From: an uncultured archaeon
GTDB lineage: Archaea; Asgardarchaeota; Thorarchaeia; Thorarchaeales; Thorarchaeaceae
NCBI GenBank assembly: GCA_964354495.1
Contig: CAYHAA010000008.1
Span: forward strand, 50,954-82,953
Reading direction: 5' to 3'
DNA: 32,000 bases
Part shown: positions 1 to 9,253 of the stretch, in pieces
Layout: the number at the start of each line of letters is the position of its first letter
Position numbering within the stretch: the first letter of the stretch is position 1
The notes under the pieces: model-generated
What the model saw: only the letters and a program-made list of their open reading frames with translations
The model's database searches: none
Told to the model about the DNA's origin: nothing
Program-made: the position numbers and the translations under genes

Positions 1-111
1 AACGCTTAAGAATTCATCTTCACGAGAGCTGAAGTTCATCAATCCATGCTTTGTGAGTTGGTTGCTTGATACTCAGCGACACTCATTCCTTCATGGGGGC
101 TAGACACTATA

Positions 112-1143
112 CTAAGTCGAATGGGACTGCCAGCCCTCCTTATCACGAAAGATGACTGATACAATTACCCACAATAGCCCAATCCCAGCGCATGCCAACA
201 GTACTGAAACAGCGATATCATTCAAGCCTCCGTTGCTGCCTGTGATTCCAGTGCTTCCATTATCTATTGGTGTTGTTGAAGTGCCTGTGCCTGAAAGGAG
301 AAGGTCGGACACTCTATAGAAGACAAGATTCATTGTTTGTGCAGCTTCTAGAATCGATACTAGTTTCTCCACCGGAGTACCATAGTCGGGAGAGCCATAT
401 ATAGGAGTGTGTCCATATAAAATAATGACCTCATCAGAGTCATGGGCTCGCTCCAGTCCTTGGATTATTTCATCAATTGTATTTCCATACTCACTATCAA
501 TCCCAACTCCGCGAATCAATGCTTCATTCTGCCACTTGTAGTAGACCGAATCCAAATCCACTATACGAGTTGTGTTTGATGTATATGCTGTTGACCTGAG
601 GCGTTGAAAATACTTGAGCAGTTCGGTATCAATTAAGGAGTTGCGAGAACCAAATGGATATGCAAAGGACTTTGGAGGGAGTTCATTCTCAGTCATGAGC
701 TCGATGGCTGGAGCAATTTCCTCATCAATGTAGACTTGGAGAGAGTTATTGCTAACAAACTCCACAGCATTCACATATCGGAGCCCTGATACTGCAACTT
801 CGTGTCCCGCATTCTTCATCACTCTGAGTTTTTCAAACTCGCTACTAGTCAAGTTATTAATGTTGCCAAGGAAAAAAGTTACCTTTGCACTATAGTTGCT
901 CAGTAGGCTCATGATACTATACCATTCATCTACTGCCCAGCCATTGAAAGTAATAGCAATTCCAGGCAGTCCTGGGGTGACCAGAGCAGTTGATCCATAA
1001 CAATCGAAAGGCACTCCCGAACAAGTTACGGACTGAGATGGAGAAACAACAATCCGGTCTTTACTCCCAAGAAGACCCATTGATATTGAGAGGATCAGGA
1101 AAAGAACCATGGCTCCAACAAGAGCATCCTTGTGCATCGACAT
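112..1143 (-). CDS. Membrane-anchored polysaccharide deacetylase (NodB/CE4)-fold protein, catalytic residues degenerate
   Basis: CE4 layout: AITF.., KVTFF, GHE, SFAYPFG, IILYGH. N-terminal hydrophobic helix, Ser/Thr/Gly linker and C-terminal TM helix. Motif 1 reads TFNG instead of TFDD and motif 2 reads SGLRY instead of HxxxH. Confidence 0.8.
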   Translation of the reverse strand: MSMHKDALVGAMVLFLILSISMGLLGSKDRIVVSPSQSVTCSGVPFDCYGSTALVTPGLPGIAITFNGWAVDEWYSIMSLLSNYSAKVTFFLGNINNLTSSEFEKLRVMKNAGHEVAVSGLRYVNAVEFVSNNSLQVYIDEEIAPAIELMTENELPPKSFAYPFGSRNSLIDTELLKYFQRLRSTAYTSNTTRIVDLDSVYYKWQNEALIRGVGIDSEYGNTIDEIIQGLERAHDSDEVIILYGHTPIYGSPDYGTPVEKLVSILEAAQTMNLVFYRVSDLLLSGTGTSTTPIDNGSTGITGSNGGLNDIAVSVLLACAGIGLLWVIVSVIFRDKEGWQSHST

Positions 1144-1367
1144 TTACTTCAGTCCATACCAATTTTGCAGATACACTTTGGGCGCCTTCGTATTTAATGA
1201 TTTGTCAGAAAACAGTCTGTTGGTATCCTAGTATGTCTTGATGCGGATGATCCACGTATATCCAATGGGATGCGAGCTCCGGATTTGTAATAGTAACACG
1301 ACATCTTTATCTATTCAAGCACTTAACGCAACCATTAGACCTATCGGAAAAAGGGGCACTTGACACG

Positions 1368-3422
1368 ATGGCAGTGTATACTCCCCTCGATCATCCAACC
1401 CGGAGGGGTACTATTCGGAAATCCATCATAACGAGAAAAGAGCTCATAGTACTTGTTTTGCTGAGTATAATGTTGAGAATACCCCGAGTTACTGGCATAA
1501 TTGGAGATGACGCGTTTGTTATTTTGTGGATGGGACGAATACTGAGTGAAGGGTATTTCGAGAACTATACTCTTTCTCCTTTTTCTCTATTAGGTCTCTA
1601 TCCCTTTGCTTCCTACCCCCTGGGCATTCCACTAGTAGTTGCCATCATGCTAAGACTAGGACTCTCTTTTGAGGTCATCGTTTCTGTGGTTTCAATAACT
1701 GCAGGAGTAGTTGGAACAGCGGGTGCGTACGTACTTGGAAGAGAGATCTGCGGGACCAATCAAAGACCCTTATTCTTCGCGACCTTCTATTCCTTCAGTT
1801 CTGTATTTGTTAATTTCACTTACTTCACGATTACTGCCAGAGGGTCATTCCTTGCAGTCCTACCTTGGTTCCTTTTCTATAGTGTCAGATTCATGAGGGG
1901 ACGAAATGTCAGATACTGGAAACTGACCGATGGTGGACTTATGCTCGTTCCTGCAGCAACGTTGAGGGATTTAGTAATTGCATCCATACTTCTTGCTGCA
2001 CTTTTTTTCATTCATGGGCTGGCCGTGTTCATTTCAATCTATATTGCTGTGTTTATTGGCTACTATATTATAAGAGAAATGCAGAACACTAGGATTGTAT
2101 GTTGGCTGACTAGAACCCTTGGCGATGTACGTCTTGCTATTTCTGCCAGTGGGTCTTCCACCATCTCAGATGGTAGACATTCCAGTTTCAGTACTTCTAC
2201 AGGTTTAGGGCAGAGAGTAAAGAAAAGAATACCCAGCGACTGGCCGTCATGGTTAATATATATCCTACTTCTCTGCGGAGCCCTTGTCCTCGGAATCATT
2301 TTCGTCCCCATAGATCCTTCAAAGACTGCTCCATTTCTCTTCTCAAATAGCACGCTCTTCGGTAGGAGCTGGAATCTGATAGTTGACTATGGGATTCTGC
2401 TCGGATTTCTGAGCTTATTCCTCCCAATTGGAATTCTTGGTGCTTTTCAGGAGGACAAAGGAAGTAACAGGAGATTGATACATGTCATTCTGGTTCCGCT
2501 GGTCTTGTTCATTCTGCCAATGAGCGTCTATACATCGGTACTCTTTCTCCCTGTTTTCGGATACTACTCAATTGTAGGATTTGATAAAGTCCGAACCTCC
2601 TTCAAGGATAGGTGGCTTGGCCTACTCTCCGTGGTTTTTGTGGCAGTCTATGTGACGATCTATATGCAGTTTGCAGCAATCCTACCACCCTGGTCACTCG
2701 GATTTGTGATGGCAACTATTGTCATTGCGCTTTTGGTTCCAATACTTGCTTTGCGAAGGTGGAGTATGTATCGCACTACCGTCGGGCATCAGTTAAGAAG
2801 GTGGAGAACGTCAGTTGGTCAAGGACCAGTGAATTTCCTTGATTTGCAAGGAATACGCGTATTCTTCATCTCAGTCATCATCATCTCACTGATAACTTCT
2901 GAGGGAATACTCCTCCAAGGCGACTTCAAGTATGTCACTAATGATGAACGCTTGATATACGAGTACCTCGGTGAACAGCCTAAACCAGGGATTATCTTCG
3001 TGCCAACACCGCCTCTGGGAAGACGATTGGAGGCTTATGGTTTTGAGGCGGTTCTCTCGTTTAACGGTGACGCCGCGCTCTACTTCGGATGGATTGAACC
3101 TTCCAACATAACAGCTAACTCCCGCATGAGTGTATCAAATCTCGTTCTGCGTGGACGGCTTTTTGTCTATGACGGACCAGATGTTGAGAGACAATTATGG
3201 ATTCAGCTCTTCAGTCTCGACCTGACCTCACCAGAAGGTCGAGAATCAGCAGTAGCACTCAGGTTGGAATATGTGATTGTCGAAAAGACTCCAACTGGTT
3301 ATAGTGATACATTCTACTCAATCTACGGGGACTACTACTCGCAGCTTCTCTATTCAACTCCTCTGGCATGTAATCGGGTTTTGGACGGAGAGAAGCTGAG
3401 TCTATTCCAGATTCCCTCTTGA
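1368..3422 (+). CDS. Multipass membrane protein, GT-C-like (ArnT/PMT-type) putative glycosyltransferase
   Basis: 684 aa with many TM helices. Acidic GDDAF motif directly after the first TM, YP.G.P loop, soluble C-terminal domain, glycosylation gene context. Confidence 0.6.
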   Translation: MAVYTPLDHPTRRGTIRKSIITRKELIVLVLLSIMLRIPRVTGIIGDDAFVILWMGRILSEGYFENYTLSPFSLLGLYPFASYPLGIPLVVAIMLRLGLSFEVIVSVVSITAGVVGTAGAYVLGREICGTNQRPLFFATFYSFSSVFVNFTYFTITARGSFLAVLPWFLFYSVRFMRGRNVRYWKLTDGGLMLVPAATLRDLVIASILLAALFFIHGLAVFISIYIAVFIGYYIIREMQNTRIVCWLTRTLGDVRLAISASGSSTISDGRHSSFSTSTGLGQRVKKRIPSDWPSWLIYILLLCGALVLGIIFVPIDPSKTAPFLFSNSTLFGRSWNLIVDYGILLGFLSLFLPIGILGAFQEDKGSNRRLIHVILVPLVLFILPMSVYTSVLFLPVFGYYSIVGFDKVRTSFKDRWLGLLSVVFVAVYVTIYMQFAAILPPWSLGFVMATIVIALLVPILALRRWSMYRTTVGHQLRRWRTSVGQGPVNFLDLQGIRVFFISVIIISLITSEGILLQGDFKYVTNDERLIYEYLGEQPKPGIIFVPTPPLGRRLEAYGFEAVLSFNGDAALYFGWIEPSNITANSRMSVSNLVLRGRLFVYDGPDVERQLWIQLFSLDLTSPEGRESAVALRLEYVIVEKTPTGYSDTFYSIYGDYYSQLLYSTPLACNRVLDGEKLSLFQIPS

Positions 3423-3463
3423 TGTCTACTAAGTAGAGATAGTGCTGATTGTCATTCTTCTGT

Positions 3464-4531
3464 CTACTGGTACTTTCTCTTTACCGAATCTAGCAGTTCC
3501 CTGAAAATGAACTCAACGACGTCAATTTTGCCAGAAAGGAATTTCCTGCTCCGCTCTCTGAACTGCTCATGCTGAGTCGCCATAATCTCATCTATGGCCC
3601 TTCGGATTTGGCCCTCCATCTTCTCTGATGGTATAATATGATAGAGTAGTCCAGCCGCCTCCTCGGCATCTATAGTACCTGCCATTTGCGTATTCAAGTA
3701 GATGGAGGGAGTACCCAGACATGCACACTCTGAGGCCATTGTGGCACCTTCTCCGACGTATGCTCTCGCATATGCAAGCATCGAATGCATATCCTCAGGC
3801 GCTATCGTCAATGTGTGATACTTAAGATCCGAGCTCACGCCTGATTCCATAGACAAGACAACCTTGCCATATTTCTGGAGATGCTGAACCAAACCAGGAA
3901 GGTCAGCAATCCCTCTCTGACCCCAATCATGAGTAGCTTTCCAAGATACAACTCGCACTACAAAAAAGGTGTCTTCCTCTGTGAGTCCATATTTAGAGAG
4001 GACTTTCACATCAGGCTTGAAATACTTGGGCGAGAGATACGCCATCTTCTGGGATCCATTGTAGCGTATGTGTTTCTTACCGAGGTTTCTTCGGAATACT
4101 TCTGGCGTGTAAACCATGCTAGAAAAGAACCTGATAACATACCCTTGAATGATACTCGCCTCGGTGTCGTCAAAGGTCATACATACTCTGTTTAGAATGC
4201 GAGCTACAGGGGCAGCATGGACAGAACCACAACTCAAGAAGGCATGGGGATTGAATTCCTGTGCTATTCTTAGTAACCTGTGGGTTGTCTTGACCAAGCT
4301 CATGGCTCTATCTAGGAGATTCGAGTATTGACCCACTATACGATAGCCAAACCCATAGGCATCAAGAAGGTCGGTGGCGACATCCTTCTTGCGAGTTGTT
4401 ATACAGACCTTACCTCCGAATTCTTCTATCCGCCATATGACGTGTTTCAGCACATGGACGTGTGCTGGATGGCCAATGTCGACAAGAACCCTAAGCGTCA
4501 TACTCTCATTCCTAGTTATCACTTGTTTCAT
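3464..4531 (-). CDS. DUF354-family GT-B glycosyltransferase-like protein
   Basis: Typical N-terminus VLVDIGHPAHVH, plus ATHD and YVGEGATMASECACLGTPSI. The start may be the ATG at 4501. Confidence 0.85.
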   Translation of the reverse strand: MKQVITRNESMTLRVLVDIGHPAHVHVLKHVIWRIEEFGGKVCITTRKKDVATDLLDAYGFGYRIVGQYSNLLDRAMSLVKTTHRLLRIAQEFNPHAFLSCGSVHAAPVARILNRVCMTFDDTEASIIQGYVIRFFSSMVYTPEVFRRNLGKKHIRYNGSQKMAYLSPKYFKPDVKVLSKYGLTEEDTFFVVRVVSWKATHDWGQRGIADLPGLVQHLQKYGKVVLSMESGVSSDLKYHTLTIAPEDMHSMLAYARAYVGEGATMASECACLGTPSIYLNTQMAGTIDAEEAAGLLYHIIPSEKMEGQIRRAIDEIMATQHEQFRERSRKFLSGKIDVVEFIFRELLDSVKRKYQ

Positions 4532-5153
4532 TCATAGGTCCGGATACCGGTTTCAGCCAATCTTCTCTCCAGAAACAGAAACAAGATCTATCACAATCTC
4601 CGTGGGCTTCCCCTGAGCAGAAAGCACCTTCGAGGAGAAACGTCGGCAATCGTATTCTTCGTAGTTCTCCAGTGGTTTCTAAGACTATCTTCTCAAGTTT
4701 CCTAAAGACCTTGAATCTTCGCCCACAATGCTGTTTCATCTCTTTCATGAAAGCTAACCCTCGAAGCTTTCCTTCCTCATCTAATGTGTTGAAGATTTCT
4801 TCGAATGACTTGACCTCGACCCAGTCCCCAGAACCTATTCTCAGTTCACTCTTGCCACTCCCACTACTGCCGTGTTTCGGTTCTTTCCCTCTAAGAGCTC
4901 TACTTGCTTTCGTTGGTAGAAGGGCGCTCGATTGGTAGTCTGATGGACCAAAGACTCCGAATCTCCATGCGTGCTTCGCCAGAGTGAACCATGGCTCATT
5001 AGAGCCCAACTTCTTAGACATGAATCGAAGAGGACCTAAGACTGCAGTGTGCCAAATCAGGCTTTTCAACTTCCGCCAGAAACTCAAGGTCGTATCTGGT
5101 CTTGAAATCCCCAACAAGTTATCGTAGACAAACTGACAGTGGCCTAATCCCAT
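4512..5153 (-). CDS. Conserved hypothetical protein with SH3-like segment and Cys-rich C-terminus
   Basis: GDWVEVKS..EI..TLD..G..RGL.F..EM..HCG..FKV and C..EAHGDCDRSCFCFWRE.WL pattern, which I recall from hypothetical proteins in polysaccharide loci. Overlaps the DUF354 ORF by 20 nt as called. Confidence 0.65.
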   Translation of the reverse strand: MGLGHCQFVYDNLLGISRPDTTLSFWRKLKSLIWHTAVLGPLRFMSKKLGSNEPWFTLAKHAWRFGVFGPSDYQSSALLPTKASRALRGKEPKHGSSGSGKSELRIGSGDWVEVKSFEEIFNTLDEEGKLRGLAFMKEMKQHCGRRFKVFRKLEKIVLETTGELRRIRLPTFLLEGAFCSGEAHGDCDRSCFCFWREDWLKPVSGPMNETSDN

Positions 5154-5581
5154 TTGATCGCCCTTGCCTTACACAGAACTGACACCTTAGAGGTATCCAT
5201 AACTCCTAAAATTGATTCTGGTTATCCAATTGTCAATTCTGAGACATAGTCCATTGACGAATATCGTATGTTCTTTGCTATATGCATATGTAGAAACACC
5301 CAAGGAAATGAAGCAGCTACAGGAAACTGAATGAACTTGAATGATTACCATAATGAGCAGTTACACGCAATACAGGAAAGAAACGGAAGAGCGCGTGCCT
5401 AACGTAGTCTTCCCTCATTGATTGCTAGGATGTGTTAAAGCATATCTTGGAGAGATTTGCTATGTCCATATGTAAACACCAATTGTCACTCCACCGAACA
5501 AAGGACATATCATTGGGCGTGCAATAGAGGCATCGAGAGATGGCAGGCTGAGCCAATACTGAATCTGGAGGGTATTGAATA

Positions 5582-6592
5582 ATGAACGAAACTGAGGCTC
5601 GAGAAACATCCGAACGACGTAGGCGCCTCAGAAGTGCACCTGTCCGATATGCATTTGAAGAGATGAAGTTTCTTAGGTCCTTCAAAGACCTGCGCAATTT
5701 TTATGAAAAGGTTAGGATTGTATTTCCGCGCGTCACCAGGACTTTTGATAGGTTTCACATGGCGCCACCTGTTCTGCAGATTGAGCCCACCAACTACTGC
5801 AATGCCAACTGCATTTGTTGTCCTACTGCCAGGAGTTCGAGAAAGAGAGGATACATGGACTCTGACCTGTTCTGCAAAATCATTGATGATGCTTCCATGA
5901 TTGGAGTGAGGGCTGTCTTCTTGTTCCTTCATGGCGAACCAATGCTTCACCCAGGGATAGTAGAGATGATACGCTACATCAAGCTGAAAGGACTGGCGTA
6001 TCATATGACAACTAATGGTGTTCCGTTTGACGAGAAGAAAATCAGGGGAATCCTTGGCTCTGGAACTAACAATGCAGATCACATATCATTTTCGATACTA
6101 GGAGCATCAAAAGAAGTTCATGAAAAGATAGTCAGGCCGGTGAGTCATGAGAAAGTAGTGGAGAATCTTCACATGCTTCTGAACATGAGGAAAAGCATGA
6201 GGGTAAATGGCCCTGTGATTGAAGTCATCTTTCACACGATGCCTGAGAACAGACATGAGGAGGATGAATTCATCAGGAAATGGCGAGGGGTTCTGGATCA
6301 TGTAAGGATGAGCGGTGATATATCACAGTCATTTTCAGAGTACAAGAGAGAGCGTCCATTTCCTGTGGTCAGAACCAGAAAATGCCTGAACCTCTGGCAG
6401 AAGATGACGATCCTCTGGAATGGGGACGTCACATTATGCTGCGAAGATGTGGATGGAGATTGGATTTTCGGTAACTTGAATGAACAGACAATCAGCGAAG
6501 TCTGGAACGACAAGAAGTTGTTGGCCATAAAGAGTATCCATAAGAAGAGGCAATTTGACAAGATTCCCTTTTGCTATTCATGTGACATGTGA
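5582..6592 (+). CDS. Radical SAM protein with C-terminal SPASM/Twitch Fe-S domain
   Basis: IEPTNYCNANCICC (CxxxCxxC), GEPMLHP, MTTNG, C-terminal CLNLWQ..I.WNGDVTLCCED..GNL..C..C. GGAGG RBS upstream. Confidence 0.93.
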   Translation: MNETEARETSERRRRLRSAPVRYAFEEMKFLRSFKDLRNFYEKVRIVFPRVTRTFDRFHMAPPVLQIEPTNYCNANCICCPTARSSRKRGYMDSDLFCKIIDDASMIGVRAVFLFLHGEPMLHPGIVEMIRYIKLKGLAYHMTTNGVPFDEKKIRGILGSGTNNADHISFSILGASKEVHEKIVRPVSHEKVVENLHMLLNMRKSMRVNGPVIEVIFHTMPENRHEEDEFIRKWRGVLDHVRMSGDISQSFSEYKRERPFPVVRTRKCLNLWQKMTILWNGDVTLCCEDVDGDWIFGNLNEQTISEVWNDKKLLAIKSIHKKRQFDKIPFCYSCDM

Positions 6593-6677
6593 TAGCAGGG
6601 GACAACACACCAAAGGTTGTTCTCGAGATGATGAGCCTGTTTCGGCAAACATACGTACAGATACTTTTTCTAATTCA

Positions 6678-7775
6678 TCATTGTGAGGCGTTACTAGCAG
6701 ATGAGCGGATTTGCTGCTTCTCTATTTCAGGAGTGAATTGTCTGACCCGTTTGACTGCTCTCCACACCTTATATCCTACTTGGGCAACAAGTGCTTTCAA
6801 CCGATTGTGTGTGCAAACTAGCCTTCCAAGCTCTATTTGATGGCCGCCCATGCTCTTCTTGAACTCCCTTACTCCGTACTCCTGCCCATGTCGCCCTGCT
6901 CCCCCGAAATCGAATAGTCTAAATCCATTTGCCACAGCCCATTCAATGGCAGACCAGAAGCTGTACTCCCCGATACCAAGATCAGAATGCTGCATATCAG
7001 CCGAGTTGTACCATAGATAGATGACTTCCTTGAATGTCAAGAAGACTCCGACACCCACCAACGCTCCTTGGAGTCTGACACCCACCAATCGTGCAAGACT
7101 CTTTTCTTGAAGTACTGTTATCACTGACTCAAAAAGCGACTTCGGCGGCATAGGGACTCTGATCCGTTCGTAGGTTTGCTTCACAAGAGAATACAAATCG
7201 TCAAGACTGTCAATTGTCACGACAACAGATGATAACTCTGATTTGAGAGCCTTCCGAATACCTCTCTGTCTGTTCTTGTGAAGGCCCTCCCATAGTCTGT
7301 CCATGCCGACTGTGAGATCAATATGGATGTTAAGATGGTCGATATACCCGTATCCAGCTGATTCAGCCAGATGGTTTATGTCTGCTCTTTGGGTGAGATT
7401 TCTGATTTCAGTGAAGACCGCTCTCTTACCAGCTTCCTTATTGTGCGCCTTGAGTATCTTTTCAACCAGAAAAGTTTTGTCGTTTCGATTTGAAATCAGA
7501 GGGCCGCCATACACCACTACCCTGCTTGAGAACCTGCTTGCTAATCGACCGGGTTCTTCAATGCGAACACCTAGCATCAGGGCGATAAGGTCTCCATTCT
7601 CATCTAGGATTGCTGTGAAAACCGGCACGTATCGTTCAGTAGTGAGATAGGCCCTATACATCTCTGGCGTCTGGAAAACGTTCCCGTCATCATTCTCTGT
7701 CACAAATCGACTCCATGCTAGCTCGTCTATCTCCCTAGGGTCGTGGACAATGCGATAGTTATCCTTGGGATTCAT
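6678..7775 (-). CDS. FemAB/FemX-like GNAT (tRNA-dependent aminoacyltransferase fold), paralog 1
   Basis: NVFQTPEM, YGGP, FTEIRN, RQRGIRKA, FDFGGAG, GVREFKKSMGG. Confidence 0.85.
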   Translation of the reverse strand: MNPKDNYRIVHDPREIDELAWSRFVTENDDGNVFQTPEMYRAYLTTERYVPVFTAILDENGDLIALMLGVRIEEPGRLASRFSSRVVVYGGPLISNRNDKTFLVEKILKAHNKEAGKRAVFTEIRNLTQRADINHLAESAGYGYIDHLNIHIDLTVGMDRLWEGLHKNRQRGIRKALKSELSSVVVTIDSLDDLYSLVKQTYERIRVPMPPKSLFESVITVLQEKSLARLVGVRLQGALVGVGVFLTFKEVIYLWYNSADMQHSDLGIGEYSFWSAIEWAVANGFRLFDFGGAGRHGQEYGVREFKKSMGGHQIELGRLVCTHNRLKALVAQVGYKVWRAVKRVRQFTPEIEKQQIRSSASNASQ

Positions 7776-7806
7776 AGGTGTTGCTCCAGGAACTTCCTTG
7801 TCAGTT

Positions 7807-8835
7807 TCAACGAATAGCCCTCCAGATTCTAAAGCCCAGAGTCGCCAATTTGTGTTTCAAATGGTTGTGCACACATTCGTATTTTCCAGTCTCTCGTGTC
7901 ATGCCACCCAAGCGTTCTTTGAAGACTCTCACTCCACTTTCTTCTTCTAGCGGACCACCGCCACCAAAGTCAAACAGTGTAAAGCCGTTTTCCGCTCCCC
8001 ATTCAAAGGTACTCCAAAACGCCAGTTCGTTGCAGTGGAATCGTGCGTACTCCATGCTTCCGGCGCAATACCAAGCATAGATTATGTCCTTGTACAACAA
8101 ATTCACGACTACTGCTACAAGCTTTTCTTCATGTTTGACTCCTACAAATCGTGCAAGACTCTTGCTCTGAAGAATGGACAAGACTGACTCGAAAAGCGAC
8201 TTGCGGGGGACGGGGAATGCAATCCGCTGATATGTTTCCTCGAATAGAGCGTAAAGATCGTCTAAGTCTTCCATAGACACAACACATGCTGTCAGACCTT
8301 CCTTCATAGCTTTTCTTATTTGTTGTCTTCTCTTTGAAGCAAGATTGTTCCAGAGCTGCTCAATTCCAGGGGTCAGGTCAAGATACGTGCTAGCATGAGG
8401 AATGAAGTTGTACCCTGCAGCTTCAAAAAAGGGATGTAGATCAGCTGACGGTGATAGGTTCCGCACTTCAGTGAACATTGCCTTACCATTCACATGCTTT
8501 GTATGTGCTCTCAATATCATCTCATGCAGAGCAGCTCTCCCATCTTCATCAGATACTATGGGCCCGCCAGCCACAAGAACTCTGCTAGAGAATCTTCTCA
8601 CGAATGATCCCATTTCCTCCTTGCGAGCTCCTAGCATCGTAGCAGCAATATCTCCGCTCTTGTCCAAGATAGCAGTGAAGACTGGTTCGTATCCCTCGGT
8701 ACTGAGATACACCTTGTACATCTCAGGAGCCTGGAAGATATTCCCTCTTGTGTTTGCTAACACGAAACTACTCCAAGCATCTTGATCCAGTTCGGTGGGT
8801 TCATGTACAATAGTAAATCCGCTTAAGGACTCCAC
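7807..8835 (-). CDS. FemAB/FemX-like GNAT, paralog 2
   Basis: GNIFQAPEM, GGP, FTEVRN, RRQQIRKA, FDFGGG, GVRVFKERLGG. GTG start with GGTGGTG RBS. Confidence 0.85.
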   Translation of the reverse strand: MESLSGFTIVHEPTELDQDAWSSFVLANTRGNIFQAPEMYKVYLSTEGYEPVFTAILDKSGDIAATMLGARKEEMGSFVRRFSSRVLVAGGPIVSDEDGRAALHEMILRAHTKHVNGKAMFTEVRNLSPSADLHPFFEAAGYNFIPHASTYLDLTPGIEQLWNNLASKRRQQIRKAMKEGLTACVVSMEDLDDLYALFEETYQRIAFPVPRKSLFESVLSILQSKSLARFVGVKHEEKLVAVVVNLLYKDIIYAWYCAGSMEYARFHCNELAFWSTFEWGAENGFTLFDFGGGGPLEEESGVRVFKERLGGMTRETGKYECVHNHLKHKLATLGFRIWRAIR

Positions 8836-9253
8836 TCGGTATTACACCACCTTGATTGGCGAAACTAGTCTAGAGCAACTTTGAAGCAATAATCTACTCC
8901 TTGTTAACGATGTTCAGACATGTGATAGGTTTACCTTCACCACGCCACAATGATTGATATCCTTGGTGCGATTTAAGCCTTCTCGGAAATGAGTCTGCAC
9001 TGTTGTTTTGCCATGAAGATGACTTATCAAAGCATTAGACTAGCTGCTCTGGATTTACGACAATCCTTTTGTATAGGAGCATGATGGCAAAGACATCCCG
9101 TGACTCTGCATACTGAAAATCAGCACCAGTACAAGAGGGGTAGAAATCGAGCTGTAAGGAGGCTCTCCAACCGAATCAGAATGTGGATGAAATCTGACTC
9201 AGAACTGCTGCAAAACCAGGTCACGGGTAGGTCAGGTAGCCGTAGGTGTTGCC

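Noticed and set aside
1-111. Possible gene start running off the left edge (MNFSSREDEFLSV from 39, minus strand)
   Set aside because: Only 13 codons are visible, with no motif or clear RBS.
5560-5573. TGAATCTGGAGGGT upstream of the SPASM radical SAM, resembling the operator
   Set aside because: The right arm is broken (GAGGGT versus GATTCA) and the match is partly explained by the GGAGG RBS.
5510-6082. 190-aa minus-strand ORF (likewise 19563-20075 and 29658-30167)
   Set aside because: Antisense to strongly supported CDSs, with no family motifs.
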